Shown here: positions 21,710 through 31,824 of the stretch, piece by piece
Layout of the letters: each line of letters opens with the position of its first letter
Position numbering within the stretch: position 1 is the stretch's first letter
Source of the DNA: Candidatus Planktophila sp.
GTDB taxonomy: Bacteria > Actinomycetota > Actinomycetes > Nanopelagicales > Nanopelagicaceae
Assembly (NCBI GenBank): GCA_044378655.1
Contig: JBILXJ010000001.1
Location: 1-50,468 of the forward strand
DNA: 50,468 nt
Reading direction: 5' to 3'
Notes under the pieces: model-generated
What the model saw: only the letters and a program-made list of their open reading frames with translations
What the model was told of the DNA's origin: nothing
Database searches by the model: none
Made by a program: the position numbers and the translations under genes

Positions 21710-23367
21710 CCACATACGCTCAACGTGAAGCAACACATGGTGTTGAGTCACCTACAGTTGCACCTACTTCTAAAGGTCGCCATTTCGTACGCTTTATAAC
21801 TTCAACCGATCACAAGACGATCGGCTATCTCTACTTGATGACCTCTTTTGCCTGGTTCTTAATTGGCGGGGTATTGGCACTGATACTTCGAGCCGAACTA
21901 ACTCGTCCGGGTATGCAATTCATCAGCAATGAGCAGTACAACCAAGTCTTTACAATGCACGGAACCATTATGTTGTTGATGTTTGCGACGCCACTGTTCG
22001 TCGGCTTTGCAAATGTAATTATGCCGTTGCAAATTGGCGCAGCAGATGTGGCTTTCCCGCGCTTGAATATGTTGTCTTACTGGATTTATCTTTTCGGTGG
22101 CATTATGGCATTTGCCGGCTTCTTAGCTCCAGGTGGCGCAGCTTCATTTGGCTGGACTGCCTATGCGCCACTTTCTAATTCACAATATTCACCTGGCATT
22201 GGTGGCGATCTTTGGATTGTCGGTTTAGCCATTGGTGGTATCGGCACAATTCTGGGTGGCGTTAACTTCATTACAACAATCTTCACCATGCGTGCACCAG
22301 GTATGACTATGTTCCGCATGTCTATCTTTAGCTGGAACGTTTTGCTTACTTCGATTTTAGTTTTGCTTGCCTTCCCACCACTTGCAGCAGCACTGCTGGC
22401 GCTTGAATCAGATCGATTATTTGGCTCGCATATCTTCGATCCGGCCAATGGTGGTGCGATGCTCTGGCAGCATCTCTTCTGGTTCTTTGGGCACCCAGAA
22501 GTTTATATTTTGGCGCTACCGTTCTTCGGTATCGCAACTGAAATCCTGCCGGTCTTTAGCCGTAAACCAATCTTCGGTTATAAAGGTTTGATTGCGGCAA
22601 CGATTGCAATCGCGGCGCTTTCAGTTTCAGTCTGGGCTCACCACATGTTTGCTAGTGGGCAAGTGCTCTTACCGTTCTTCTCGTTCATGACTTTCTTAAT
22701 TGGTATTCCAACAGGCGTTAAGTTCTTTAACTGGATTGGCACTATGTGGCGTGGCCACGTTACTTTTGAAACTCCAATGCTCTGGGTAATGGGATTCTTA
22801 ATTACCTTCTTATTCGGTGGAATCACCGGAATCATTTTGGCTTCTCCGCCGCTAGATTTCGCAGTATCGGCGTCCTATTTCGTAGTTGCTCACTTCCACT
22901 ATGTGCTCTTTGGCACCGTGGTATTTGCGATGTTCGCCGGTTTCTATTTCTGGTGGCCAAAGATGACTGGGCGCATGCTAAATGAGCGCCTAGGCAAGAT
23001 CCACTTCTGGACTCTCTTCTTCGGATTCCATTTAACATTTTTGATTCAGCACTGGCTAGGTATCAAGGGCTTCCCTCGTCGCTATGCGGATTACTTAGCT
23101 ACTGATGGATTTACAACGATGAATATGATTTCAACTGTGGGATCAATCTTGTTAGCGCTCTCGATGATTCCATTTGCTATCAACATTTGGATAACTCGTA
23201 AGTCACCTATGGTTAACTGCGATGATCCTTGGGGCTATGGCTCATCACTGGAATGGGCCACATCTTGCCCACCACCTCGCCATAACTTCTTAACGATGCC
23301 ACGCATTCGCTCAGAGCGTCCAGCATTTGATCTGCATCACCCACACATTAAGACTGAGGGGCACTAA
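21706..23367 (+). CDS. ctaD: Cytochrome c oxidase subunit I (A1-type aa3)
   Basis: [42 protein letters not shown]. Confidence 0.97.
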   Translation: MTTYAQREATHGVESPTVAPTSKGRHFVRFITSTDHKTIGYLYLMTSFAWFLIGGVLALILRAELTRPGMQFISNEQYNQVFTMHGTIMLLMFATPLFVGFANVIMPLQIGAADVAFPRLNMLSYWIYLFGGIMAFAGFLAPGGAASFGWTAYAPLSNSQYSPGIGGDLWIVGLAIGGIGTILGGVNFITTIFTMRAPGMTMFRMSIFSWNVLLTSILVLLAFPPLAAALLALESDRLFGSHIFDPANGGAMLWQHLFWFFGHPEVYILALPFFGIATEILPVFSRKPIFGYKGLIAATIAIAALSVSVWAHHMFASGQVLLPFFSFMTFLIGIPTGVKFFNWIGTMWRGHVTFETPMLWVMGFLITFLFGGITGIILASPPLDFAVSASYFVVAHFHYVLFGTVVFAMFAGFYFWWPKMTGRMLNERLGKIHFWTLFFGFHLTFLIQHWLGIKGFPRRYADYLATDGFTTMNMISTVGSILLALSMIPFAINIWITRKSPMVNCDDPWGYGSSLEWATSCPPPRHNFLTMPRIRSERPAFDLHHPHIKTEGH

Positions 23368-23371
23368 TTAA

Positions 23372-23779
23372 ATGAAAGCTAATTATCGCCTCTTTGTTGG
23401 TCTGGCAATTTTTTATGCGATCACAACTTTCATTTATTACTATGTAGGTGGCGAACCGCTAGGAATTTCGTGCCTGCTACTTAGTTCATTGCTTGCAGCG
23501 ATGATTGGTTATTACGTTTGGTTCACCGACCGTCGCATTGGTGTCACGCTGCCAGAAGATAATATGCAGGGTGAAATAGCAGATTCAGCAGGCGAACTAG
23601 GTTTCTACAGTCCGCACTCATGGTGGCCATTGCCACTTGCTGCCAGCATGTTTGTGGTTGGTTTGGGATTAATCATTGGTTGGTGGCTCACCCTGCTAGG
23701 TGTAGGCGCACTTGTGATCAGCATTATCGGTTTTGTGACCGAGTATGAGAAGCCAAGCAACGACCTAGCTCATCATTAA
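23372..23779 (+). CDS. ctaF: Cytochrome c oxidase subunit IV
   Basis: PEDN..GEIADSAGELGFYSPHSWWP actinobacterial subunit 4 motif. Confidence 0.92.
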   Translation: MKANYRLFVGLAIFYAITTFIYYYVGGEPLGISCLLLSSLLAAMIGYYVWFTDRRIGVTLPEDNMQGEIADSAGELGFYSPHSWWPLPLAASMFVVGLGLIIGWWLTLLGVGALVISIIGFVTEYEKPSNDLAHH

Positions 23780-23786
23780 TTAGCAC

Positions 23787-24674
23787 ATGCTTAAAAAGCT
23801 GGCACCGGCGCTTTTCGTATTCCTCTGGAGTACCGGGTTTATCGGCGTCAAATACGGCATTCCGTATGCTCCGCCGTTCTATTTCATAGCTATCCGCATG
23901 GCCATCGCAGCCTGTCTGCTCTTCATCGCGATTTCATTTCTGCGAAAGAGCCAGCCAATCACGCGAGCCATCATCTGGCCATCAACTTTGATTGGTTTAA
24001 CTTTGCATGGCGCCTATCTAGGTGGTTGTTTCTTTGCAGTAAGTCGGGGAATGCCAGCGGGAGTCGCGGCGCTTATAGTCAGTTTGCAGCCAGTATTGGT
24101 AAGCCTCTTTGCCGCTAAGTATCTAAATGAGCCCTTGAAAGCTCGAGGAGTTCTTGGATTGACCCTAGGTTTAGTCGGGCTATTTGTAGTTGTGATTCCA
24201 CGCATCAATATGACTGGCGCTAATGCGATTTCTTTAGTCGCAGTTGTCGCTTCCGTAATCGGCTTATTAGGCGGAACAAGTGGAACTATCTTGCAGAAAA
24301 AATACGGGGGAGTGATTCCAACTCTGGCTGGAACTTCGATTCAGTATGCAGCCACTGCACTAGTTCTGCTAGTTCTGGCCCTACTCTTTGAAGAACCAAA
24401 TATCACCTGGTCACCAGAATTTATTGGAGCCCTAACTTGGTTGGTTCTGGCACTTTCATTTGGCGCAATTCTGCTGCTCTTTTTTCTCTTATCTCAGGGT
24501 AGCGCTGCGAGCGTTTCTTCGCTTTACTATTTAGTTCCAGCGGTAACTGCGATAATCGCTTACTTCTTATTCGATGAGCACATCTCACCACTCTCGCTGA
24601 TTGGAACAGCCATAACCGTTGTTGGTGTTTGGTTAGTTGTCAGCAAGCAGAAAGAAACCGCCTCTACGAATTAA
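23787..24674 (+). CDS. DMT/EamA family transporter
   Basis: About 10 TM helices in two EamA repeats: WSTGF, GVAALIVSLQP, SSLYYLVP. Confidence 0.9.
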   Translation: MLKKLAPALFVFLWSTGFIGVKYGIPYAPPFYFIAIRMAIAACLLFIAISFLRKSQPITRAIIWPSTLIGLTLHGAYLGGCFFAVSRGMPAGVAALIVSLQPVLVSLFAAKYLNEPLKARGVLGLTLGLVGLFVVVIPRINMTGANAISLVAVVASVIGLLGGTSGTILQKKYGGVIPTLAGTSIQYAATALVLLVLALLFEEPNITWSPEFIGALTWLVLALSFGAILLLFFLLSQGSAASVSSLYYLVPAVTAIIAYFLFDEHISPLSLIGTAITVVGVWLVVSKQKETASTN

Positions 24675-24699
24675 TTACAGGGCTAATTAGTAGAGGCGG
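24658..24699. terminator. Hairpin between convergent DMT and qcrB genes (probable bidirectional terminator)
   Basis: ccgcctctacgaatta / taattagtagaggcgg form a 16-bp stem with 1 mismatch, flanked by A-rich and T-rich tracts. Confidence 0.75.
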
Positions 24700-24715
24700 C
24701 TACTTTCTTAACAAT

Positions 24716-26302
24716 CTAGTGGTGTTCGATCTCTTTTAAGTCATTAGCTGTTGGCTTAGCGATACTTTCAGCATTCGCTTCACTCATACGTTTGCGTAGC
24801 TTGTTCTTCAAACCACCAGCACGGCGAACTCCACGAGTATCGACATCTTCCAAGGCAAGCGGCGGAGCTTGCTCGTGAGCCGTTAATTTCCACGCTAGTT
24901 CAGGTGAGATTGGTTCATGAACTTCAACGAACTCACCATGTGGCAGCATCAGTAAACGGCCGGTTTCGCGACCGTGTAATACCAATTCGCGATCGGCACG
25001 TTGTAGTGACAAGCAAATTCGCTTAGTTATCACGAAAGCAATTGGCGGCAATACAAAAATCGCAATACGACTAAACCACATCACTTGATTGATACTCAGG
25101 TCGAAGGTGGTCGCGATAATGTCGTTTCCGCCATTGACTAGCGCAACCAACATGAAGGTTAAGGACATGGCACCAAGAGCGGTGCGATTAGGCACGTTTC
25201 GTGGGCGATCAAGCAGGTGATGTTCACGCTTGTCGCCAGTAATCCAACTTTCAATAAATGGATAGAGCGCCATTCCAGTGAAGAGTATGCCAGGAACAAT
25301 TAAGCCCGGAATTAAAATGTTCCAGGAAATTGTGTAACCAAACCAGTAAGTTTCTATTGGTGGCGACATTCGAACTAAGCCATCGAGCCAGCCCATGTAC
25401 CAGTCTGGTTGCGAACCGGCCGATACTTGCCCGGGGTTATATGGTCCGTAAAGCCAGACCGGGTTAATGGAGGCAACTGCACCTAAGAACGCAGTCACAC
25501 CAAATACGATAAAGAAGAAGCCACCAGCTTTAGCCATGTAAGCAGGCATTAGCGGATAACCAACTACATTCTTTTCAGTACGGCCCGGACCAGGCCACTG
25601 AGTGTGCTTCTGGTACCAAACCAACATTAAGTGCACCGTTATAAGCGCTAAGAAGATTCCTGGCAGCAACAACACGTGAACGGTATAGATACGTGGAATA
25701 AATGCCTCGCCAGGGAAGGCTCCGCCAAAAGCGAAGTACGACAAGTAAGAACCCACCACAGGGATCGCTTGAATAATCGCCTCGGCAATTCGGATACCCG
25801 TTCCTGAAAGTAGATCATCAGGCAATGAGTAACCTAGAAAACCTTCGACAATACCAAGTGTTAATAGACCAACACCGATGATCCAGTTGAACTCACGTGG
25901 CTTACGGAAAGCGCCAGTGAAGTAGACGCGCATCAAGTGCACGACAATGGCAGCCATGAAAATAAGTGCTGACCAGTGGTGAATCTGGCGCATCAATAAA
26001 CCACCACGAACTTCGAAGGAAATATGTAGGGTCGATTCATAAGCTGCCGACATATGTAAGCCTTGAAGTGGTGCATAACTGCCGTCGTAAATAACTTCAC
26101 GTGCCGATGGATCAAACCAGAAAGTCAAGAAAGTGCCCGAAAGCAACAAAATGATGAACGAATACAAAGCGATTTCGCCGAGGAGGAAAGACCAATGATC
26201 GGGAAAGACTTTGGTTAAGTTCTTCTTAACCCATTTAGCCGCACCAGTGCGCTCGTCAACATAGTTAGCTACTGTGCCAGTAACTCTTTCGCGTGCCGTC
26301 AT
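24716..26302 (-). CDS. qcrB: Cytochrome bc1 (bcc) cytochrome b subunit
   Basis: VFPDHWSFLLGEIALY, RQIHHW, VHLMRV, QPDWY Qo motif, long actinobacterial C-terminus. Confidence 0.96.
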   Translation of the reverse strand: MTARERVTGTVANYVDERTGAAKWVKKNLTKVFPDHWSFLLGEIALYSFIILLLSGTFLTFWFDPSAREVIYDGSYAPLQGLHMSAAYESTLHISFEVRGGLLMRQIHHWSALIFMAAIVVHLMRVYFTGAFRKPREFNWIIGVGLLTLGIVEGFLGYSLPDDLLSGTGIRIAEAIIQAIPVVGSYLSYFAFGGAFPGEAFIPRIYTVHVLLLPGIFLALITVHLMLVWYQKHTQWPGPGRTEKNVVGYPLMPAYMAKAGGFFFIVFGVTAFLGAVASINPVWLYGPYNPGQVSAGSQPDWYMGWLDGLVRMSPPIETYWFGYTISWNILIPGLIVPGILFTGMALYPFIESWITGDKREHHLLDRPRNVPNRTALGAMSLTFMLVALVNGGNDIIATTFDLSINQVMWFSRIAIFVLPPIAFVITKRICLSLQRADRELVLHGRETGRLLMLPHGEFVEVHEPISPELAWKLTAHEQAPPLALEDVDTRGVRRAGGLKNKLRKRMSEANAESIAKPTANDLKEIEHH

Positions 26303-27291
26303 GATAAACGCCCCCAGAAACTAGGTCCGACCGGTTCGTCAAATGGTTTTTGCGCAATTAGGTAACCTTCTGAATCCACAGTAATCGCTAACTGGGGAAG
26401 TGCGCGAGCAGCGGGCCCGAAAATCACTTTTGCGGCTCGTGGTACATCGAAAGTGGATTGATGACACGGACAAAGTAAGTGCTTCGTAGTTTGCTCGTAC
26501 AGAGCAACTGCGCAACCCATATGTGAACAAATCTTGCTGAAAGCGATGATGCCGTCATATGTCCAAGACAAACGCTCAGGACTCAACTCGAATTCTTCTG
26601 GGCGGATACGAATAAGTAGAACCGCATCCTTTGCAATATCGTCTAAGTGACGCTTCTCTTTGCCTCGTAGTTCAGGAAGAACTTGAGCAACTGCGCCTAC
26701 TTCTAAATCTTCTGGACGAATCGGACGATCACCTGGGTCGGTAACTAAACGTGAGCCAGCTTCCCAACTTGTTTTTGATAAATCATCACCAGGCAGTGGG
26801 CCTAAATCACGCAATAAAACTAGGGGAGATAAGCCGATAAGGCCCAGTGAAAGTCCCATCGAACGCTTGATTAATGAACGTCGACCAAGACCCGCAGCCC
26901 CTGCACGATCTTTGACAGTTGCCACAAGTGCATCACGATCTTCATCATCAGAACGCATTGTGTGGCGCATTGCGATTACTTCTTCATCTGGCATCAGTGT
27001 CTTAGCCCAATGAATTGCGGCAGCACCAATAAAGAAAAGTGCCATCGCTAGCCCAAGACCCAGGAAGAGTTGGTGTGCGTTGGTGTTGCCTAAAACTGGA
27101 AAGAAGAAAAATACATCTTCCGGGATAAAGTAATAAGCGAAAATGAATAGCAAAGTACCGAGTGCAGAAATTAGGAAGAGAATTGCTACTTGTCGCTCAG
27201 CGCGTTTTTCAGCAACTGGATCAGTATCGGCCTTGCGATGAACGTGTGCCGGCAAACCGGGATCTTTGATTGCTTCGATTTCGTTGGACAT
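26299..27291 (-). CDS. qcrA: Rieske Fe-S subunit
   Basis: CSHMGC and CPCHQS boxes; three TM helices with internal GRRSLI Tat motif. Confidence 0.95.
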   Translation of the reverse strand: MSNEIEAIKDPGLPAHVHRKADTDPVAEKRAERQVAILFLISALGTLLFIFAYYFIPEDVFFFFPVLGNTNAHQLFLGLGLAMALFFIGAAAIHWAKTLMPDEEVIAMRHTMRSDDEDRDALVATVKDRAGAAGLGRRSLIKRSMGLSLGLIGLSPLVLLRDLGPLPGDDLSKTSWEAGSRLVTDPGDRPIRPEDLEVGAVAQVLPELRGKEKRHLDDIAKDAVLLIRIRPEEFELSPERLSWTYDGIIAFSKICSHMGCAVALYEQTTKHLLCPCHQSTFDVPRAAKVIFGPAARALPQLAITVDSEGYLIAQKPFDEPVGPSFWGRLS

Positions 27292-27295
27292 ATAT

Positions 27296-28087
27296 TTATC
27301 TCGCCTTCGTCGCTAACCAAACCGCCACACCGATCAGCAGTCCGAGTCCTAGTGTCCATACCAATAAACCTTCAGTTACTGGGCCAACTCTGCCGAGGGC
27401 AGCTCCGCCTAACTGCGGCTCATTTTCTGCAGCTTTAATCCATTTGATAATTGAAAGTTTTTCAGCGGGGGTAATTGTTTTGTCTGCAAAGACTGGCATT
27501 GCTTGCGGACCAGTAATCATTGCTTCATAAATATGTTTAGGTTCAACACCCATTACTGATGGTGCGTACTTACCTTGAGTTAGCGCGCCACCTTGGCCCG
27601 CAAAGTTATGGCACATTGCACAGTTAGTGCGAAATAAAGTGCCACCTTCTGCAGTGTTGCCATCGCGCTCGTAGTTAAGCATTGAGTCAGTTGGAATTTC
27701 AGGGCCAGGCGCAGTTGATGCAACGTAGGCAGCAAGGGCGGCAGTCTCTTCTTCGCTATATAGAGGTGCTTTACGCATCGCTTGAGTGCTCATGTCGGCC
27801 ATAGGCATACGACCGGTACCAACTTGGAAATCTACTGACGCGGCACCAACACCAATTAGTGAGGGAGCAACTGCACCACCTTCGAGATTTAAGCCATGGC
27901 AGGACGAACAACCTTTAAGGAATATTTGTTTTCCTTCAGCAATTTGAGCAGAGCGCTGATCTACGGTCAGCGCCGGTGTATCGGTTGCACTTGCTACCGA
28001 GAAAGTTGTACCGATTGCAAACAACGCTACTACTAGCAGAAGTGGCGAAGCGAATGCGCTGCGACGGAACTTAGATATTTTTCTCAT
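27296..28087 (-). CDS. qcrC: Di-heme cytochrome c subunit
   Basis: CSSCH and CAMCH heme motifs, GRMP, GPVTEGL C-terminal anchor. Confidence 0.95.
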   Translation of the reverse strand: MRKISKFRRSAFASPLLLVVALFAIGTTFSVASATDTPALTVDQRSAQIAEGKQIFLKGCSSCHGLNLEGGAVAPSLIGVGAASVDFQVGTGRMPMADMSTQAMRKAPLYSEEETAALAAYVASTAPGPEIPTDSMLNYERDGNTAEGGTLFRTNCAMCHNFAGQGGALTQGKYAPSVMGVEPKHIYEAMITGPQAMPVFADKTITPAEKLSIIKWIKAAENEPQLGGAALGRVGPVTEGLLVWTLGLGLLIGVAVWLATKAR

Positions 28088-28096
28088 GATTCTTTT

Positions 28097-28723
28097 CTAC
28101 TTAATTAAGTAGATCGCAGCGAAGAGTGCGATCCAGACGACATCGACGAAGTGCCAATAGTAAGAAACCACAATCGCAGTTGTAGCTTGGTTGTGATTGA
28201 AACGGCGAGCCTTTGCCACGCGGATCATCACGATTAGGAATGCAATCAATCCACCTGTTACGTGCAAACCGTGGAAACCAGTGGCAAGGTAGAAAACTGA
28301 ACCGTAAGCAACTGAAGAAATCGTTAAACCTTCTTCAACCAACATCGCGTACTCGTAAACTTGTCCGCCGATAAAGAAAGCACCCATCAAGAAGGTCAGG
28401 GAGAACCATTCGCGCATTCCCCATTTATTAATCTGCCAGATTGAGCCAGTCTTACGTTCCTGGAATCGCTCAGCTGCGAAAACACCAAACTGACAAGTTA
28501 CTGAAGAGAGAACTAGAACGGTGGTGTTAAGCGCGGCAAATGGAATGTTAAGAAGTTCAGTTGAGCTGAGCCAAACGCTTGGGCCTTGAACCGCGCGAGT
28601 TGTGAAATACATTGCGAAGAGAGCAGCAAAAAACATCAGCTCACTTGAAAGCCAGACAATCGTCCCTACAGCTACTAAGTTCGGACGGGTGGGCTTATGC
28701 ATTCCAACAGTTGCGCTCGACAT
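28097..28723 (-). CDS. ctaE: Cytochrome c oxidase subunit III
   Basis: [27 protein letters not shown]. Confidence 0.95.
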   Translation of the reverse strand: MSSATVGMHKPTRPNLVAVGTIVWLSSELMFFAALFAMYFTTRAVQGPSVWLSSTELLNIPFAALNTTVLVLSSVTCQFGVFAAERFQERKTGSIWQINKWGMREWFSLTFLMGAFFIGGQVYEYAMLVEEGLTISSVAYGSVFYLATGFHGLHVTGGLIAFLIVMIRVAKARRFNHNQATTAIVVSYYWHFVDVVWIALFAAIYLIK

Positions 28724-28851
28724 AGTCGGTATTATTCCCGAAATCCCCGCTGATAGCGCCCAGAAAAGCCTGTTTGAGGCAGTGATATTGGTCAGAAAGC
28801 ATGAGTCAGGTCACAGCAGATTCGGCCATGAATTTGATTAGAATTCGAACC

Positions 28852-29289
28852 ATGAGCAGCGCAGAAACCTCAAAGATCCGTGTAGTTATTTACTCAGATG
28901 ACTCAGCGGTTCGAGCTGCCGTCATCTCGGCTCTAGGTCGCAAGATCGCTGCCGATCTACCTGCGCACGAAGTGATTGAATTTGCCACAGCCCCGGCTTT
29001 ACGAGCATTTGTGGATCGCCGAGATTTAGCTGGAAATTTCAAAGCCGACCTCTTCATATTAGATGGCGAAGCAGTACCTGAAGGTGGAATGGGCGTTGCT
29101 CGTCAGTTAAAGGATGAAGTATTTAATTGTCCGCCAGTGCTTCTCATTACCGGTCGCAAGGAAGATGCTTGGTTAGCTGCTTGGTCTCGCGCAGAGTCAG
29201 TAGTGACGCACCCAATTGACCCGTTTACCTTGGCTCAATCTGCTGCCGACTTGTTGCGCAAACAAAATCTCGCAACGACGAATGTCTAA
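28852..29289 (+). CDS. Stand-alone atypical receiver-domain protein
   Basis: VIYSDD, ILDGEAVPEGGMG, LLITGR, THPIDP; conserved gene before trpD in Actinobacteria. ATG 28852 lies 7 nt after TAGAAT. Confidence 0.75.
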   Translation: MSSAETSKIRVVIYSDDSAVRAAVISALGRKIAADLPAHEVIEFATAPALRAFVDRRDLAGNFKADLFILDGEAVPEGGMGVARQLKDEVFNCPPVLLITGRKEDAWLAAWSRAESVVTHPIDPFTLAQSAADLLRKQNLATTNV

Positions 29290-30328
29290 TTCCTATACCT
29301 GGCCACAACTAATAGAGACGCTAACCAACGGGTTAGATCTCAGTGCAACTTCGGCCCAATGGGCAATGAATGAAATCTTGCAAGGTGAAACCGAGATCTC
29401 GCAAATAAAGGAATTTCTCTTAGCTCTTAAAAGTAAGGGCGAAACGGCCGAAGAAGTAAATGCCTTTGTTGGCGCGATGTATCAACACAGCGCTCCTATC
29501 GATATCCCCGAGCGAGCAGTAGACACAGTCGGCACTGGTGGCGATGGATTCAATACGATCAATATCTCAACTACCGCGGCCATAGTAGCGGCAGCGGCGG
29601 GTGCGAAAGTTGTTAAGCATGGCAATCGAGCTGCCACATCCAAATCTGGTTCGGCCGACTTACTCGAAGCGCTTGGCGTAAACATTGAGCTAGTTGGCGA
29701 TGGCGTGGAAACTGTATTTCGCGAAGTTGGAATTGGCTTTTGCTTCGCACCGAAATTTCATCCTGCTATGCGGTTTGCAGCCCCGGCTCGGAAACAGTTA
29801 GGTGTACCCACGATCTTTAACATCCTTGGCCCGCTGGCAAATCCGGCAAAGCCAAAAGCAGCCGCCATTGGGGTGGCCAATGATCGGATGCATTTGTTGA
29901 TGGCTCAAGTGCTATCTGCCAAAGGCGTAGATGGCTTTGTCTTTCGCGGTGATGATGGCCTTGATGAAATCTCACTTGCCACCACGACTTCAGTGCTAAC
30001 GATTGGGCAAGGTGAGATCTCATCGTCTCTGATTGACCCAACTGATCTGGGAGTTTCTAAAGCTCCGATAAGTGATTTAGTTGGGGGAGATGCCAAATAC
30101 AATGCAACTGTTTCTAGAGCTATTTTCAGTGGCGAACGTGGGGCACCTCGGGATGCAGTTGCGCTAAACGCTGCTGCTGCAATTGCGGCATATAAAGGCG
30201 AGTTTGCTAAGTCGTTAGCAGAGCGAATGCGAGATGGTTATGCAGATGCGATCAAAGCCATTGACTCAGGAGCCGCCACAGCGCTCTTAGCAAACTGGGT
30301 AACAGTCAGCCAACGTTTAGCAAAGTAG
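29282..30328 (+). CDS. trpD: Anthranilate phosphoribosyltransferase
   Basis: DTVGTGGD, NISTT, KHGNRAATSKSGSAD, FNILGPLANP, GDDGLDE. ATG 29282 overlaps the upstream stop (ATGTCTAA). Confidence 0.96.
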   Translation: MSNSYTWPQLIETLTNGLDLSATSAQWAMNEILQGETEISQIKEFLLALKSKGETAEEVNAFVGAMYQHSAPIDIPERAVDTVGTGGDGFNTINISTTAAIVAAAAGAKVVKHGNRAATSKSGSADLLEALGVNIELVGDGVETVFREVGIGFCFAPKFHPAMRFAAPARKQLGVPTIFNILGPLANPAKPKAAAIGVANDRMHLLMAQVLSAKGVDGFVFRGDDGLDEISLATTTSVLTIGQGEISSSLIDPTDLGVSKAPISDLVGGDAKYNATVSRAIFSGERGAPRDAVALNAAAAIAAYKGEFAKSLAERMRDGYADAIKAIDSGAATALLANWVTVSQRLAK

Positions 30329-30330
30329 TT

Positions 30331-30990
30331 TTAAATACTGTCTAATTCTTTTTTGGAGCGAACAGTTGATTTCCGAGTACTGAAATCTTTCAACTCTTCT
30401 AGCGTTGTTATTCCGAGAGAGCCAACTCGGCCAATCAGGGCATGCAGGACATCTACCGTTGCGAGAGCATCATCTAGAGCTCGATGAGTAGGGCTCACAC
30501 TCGTATTAAAAAACTCGGCAAGGGTGCCAAGTTTGCAATTAATCACTTCATCTCGGCTCAATACCTTGCGAGCTAATTTTGCAGTGTCAATGACTGTGAA
30601 TTTTGGCCAGCGATATTCACTGGCTTTTGCCGCGGCCTTTAGGAAACTTAAATCAAAGGGGGCATTGTGAGCGACAAAAACGGTCTCTCTCTCAGATCCT
30701 AGAAATTCAAGAAGAATTGGGAAAACTTCGGCAATGCGAGGCGATGATGAAACCATCTCATCAGTTATCCCAGTAAGTGCGGTTATGAATGAAGGGATTG
30801 GTGCTTGCGGGTTAATGAAAGTTTGAAACTTGCCCAGAACTTCGCCGCCACGAACTTTGACTGCGCCGATCTCGGTGATGTGTGCGCCTAAATGCGGTGC
30901 GCCACCTGATGTTTCGAGGTCGAGAACCACGAAGGTAGTTCGCACCAGTGGGCGACCTAAATCTTCAATTGTCGCTTGCCAAGAATTCAT
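30331..30990 (-). CDS. DEDDh 3'-5' exonuclease (DnaQ/epsilon-like)
   Basis: DLETSG, AHNAPFD, DTAKLAR, HRALDDA motifs. Confidence 0.9.
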   Translation of the reverse strand: MNSWQATIEDLGRPLVRTTFVVLDLETSGGAPHLGAHITEIGAVKVRGGEVLGKFQTFINPQAPIPSFITALTGITDEMVSSSPRIAEVFPILLEFLGSERETVFVAHNAPFDLSFLKAAAKASEYRWPKFTVIDTAKLARKVLSRDEVINCKLGTLAEFFNTSVSPTHRALDDALATVDVLHALIGRVGSLGITTLEELKDFSTRKSTVRSKKELDSI

Positions 30991-31047
30991 AGTGACTTGA
31001 TCCTAAATCCTCCATCTGACAGAGGGAAGCCGAGGTAGATTTCGAGC

Positions 31048-31824
31048 ATGAGTGTTAACGGAGCCCCTGCTGGCCTACTGCAAGATTTTCAAGCGCTAGG
31101 CGATAAGAAGAACGGTCATATCGGCGTTGTGCTTGTACATGGATTTCATGGGACTCCAGCAGCGATGCGGCCTTGGGCTGAGTTTCTAAATGCGCGTGGC
31201 TACAGCGTTCGGGTGCCGTTGTTACCTGGTCATGGAACTAAACCATCAGATTTAAATGAAGTTCAATGGCCAGAGTGGCCAGCAAAAGTAAAAGCCGAAA
31301 TAGCTGAACTAGAGAAGCATTGCTCACAAGTATTTGTGGCCGGGCTATCGATGGGTGGTGGCACAACCCTGTATGTGGCTGCTGAACTAGGCGATAAGTT
31401 AAGTGGAATTATTTTGGTCAACCCAATGATTCATGTTCGCGGCATTTCGCCAACGCTTGCGTTTGCAATTTCGCGAGTGGTTAAGTTCGGAAAAAGTGTT
31501 GGCAATGATATTAAACGCAAAGGTGTGACTGAATACAGCTACGACAAGATGCCTTATCGGGGGATTCATCAACTACTAACGATGTTGCAATTAACCCGCG
31601 CTGCCTTGCCTTCAATAAAGGTGCCGATGCAGTTATTTCATAGCGTCGATGACCACACCCTGCCGGTTTCCAACACTGAAATCATTATGCGTGAGGTTGG
31701 CTCGTCAAATAAGTCTCGTATTGAATTGGTTAACAGTTTCCACGTTGCAACACTGGATTTCGACAGCGAGATTATTTTCGCAAATTCGGTAACTTTCATT
31801 GAGAGTTTGAGCCGTGCTAACTGA
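31048..31824 (+). CDS. Alpha/beta hydrolase, carboxylesterase / monoacylglycerol lipase-like
   Basis: HGFHG, LPGHGT, GLSMGG nucleophile, DDH, SFHVATLD. Confidence 0.9.
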   Translation: MSVNGAPAGLLQDFQALGDKKNGHIGVVLVHGFHGTPAAMRPWAEFLNARGYSVRVPLLPGHGTKPSDLNEVQWPEWPAKVKAEIAELEKHCSQVFVAGLSMGGGTTLYVAAELGDKLSGIILVNPMIHVRGISPTLAFAISRVVKFGKSVGNDIKRKGVTEYSYDKMPYRGIHQLLTMLQLTRAALPSIKVPMQLFHSVDDHTLPVSNTEIIMREVGSSNKSRIELVNSFHVATLDFDSEIIFANSVTFIESLSRAN

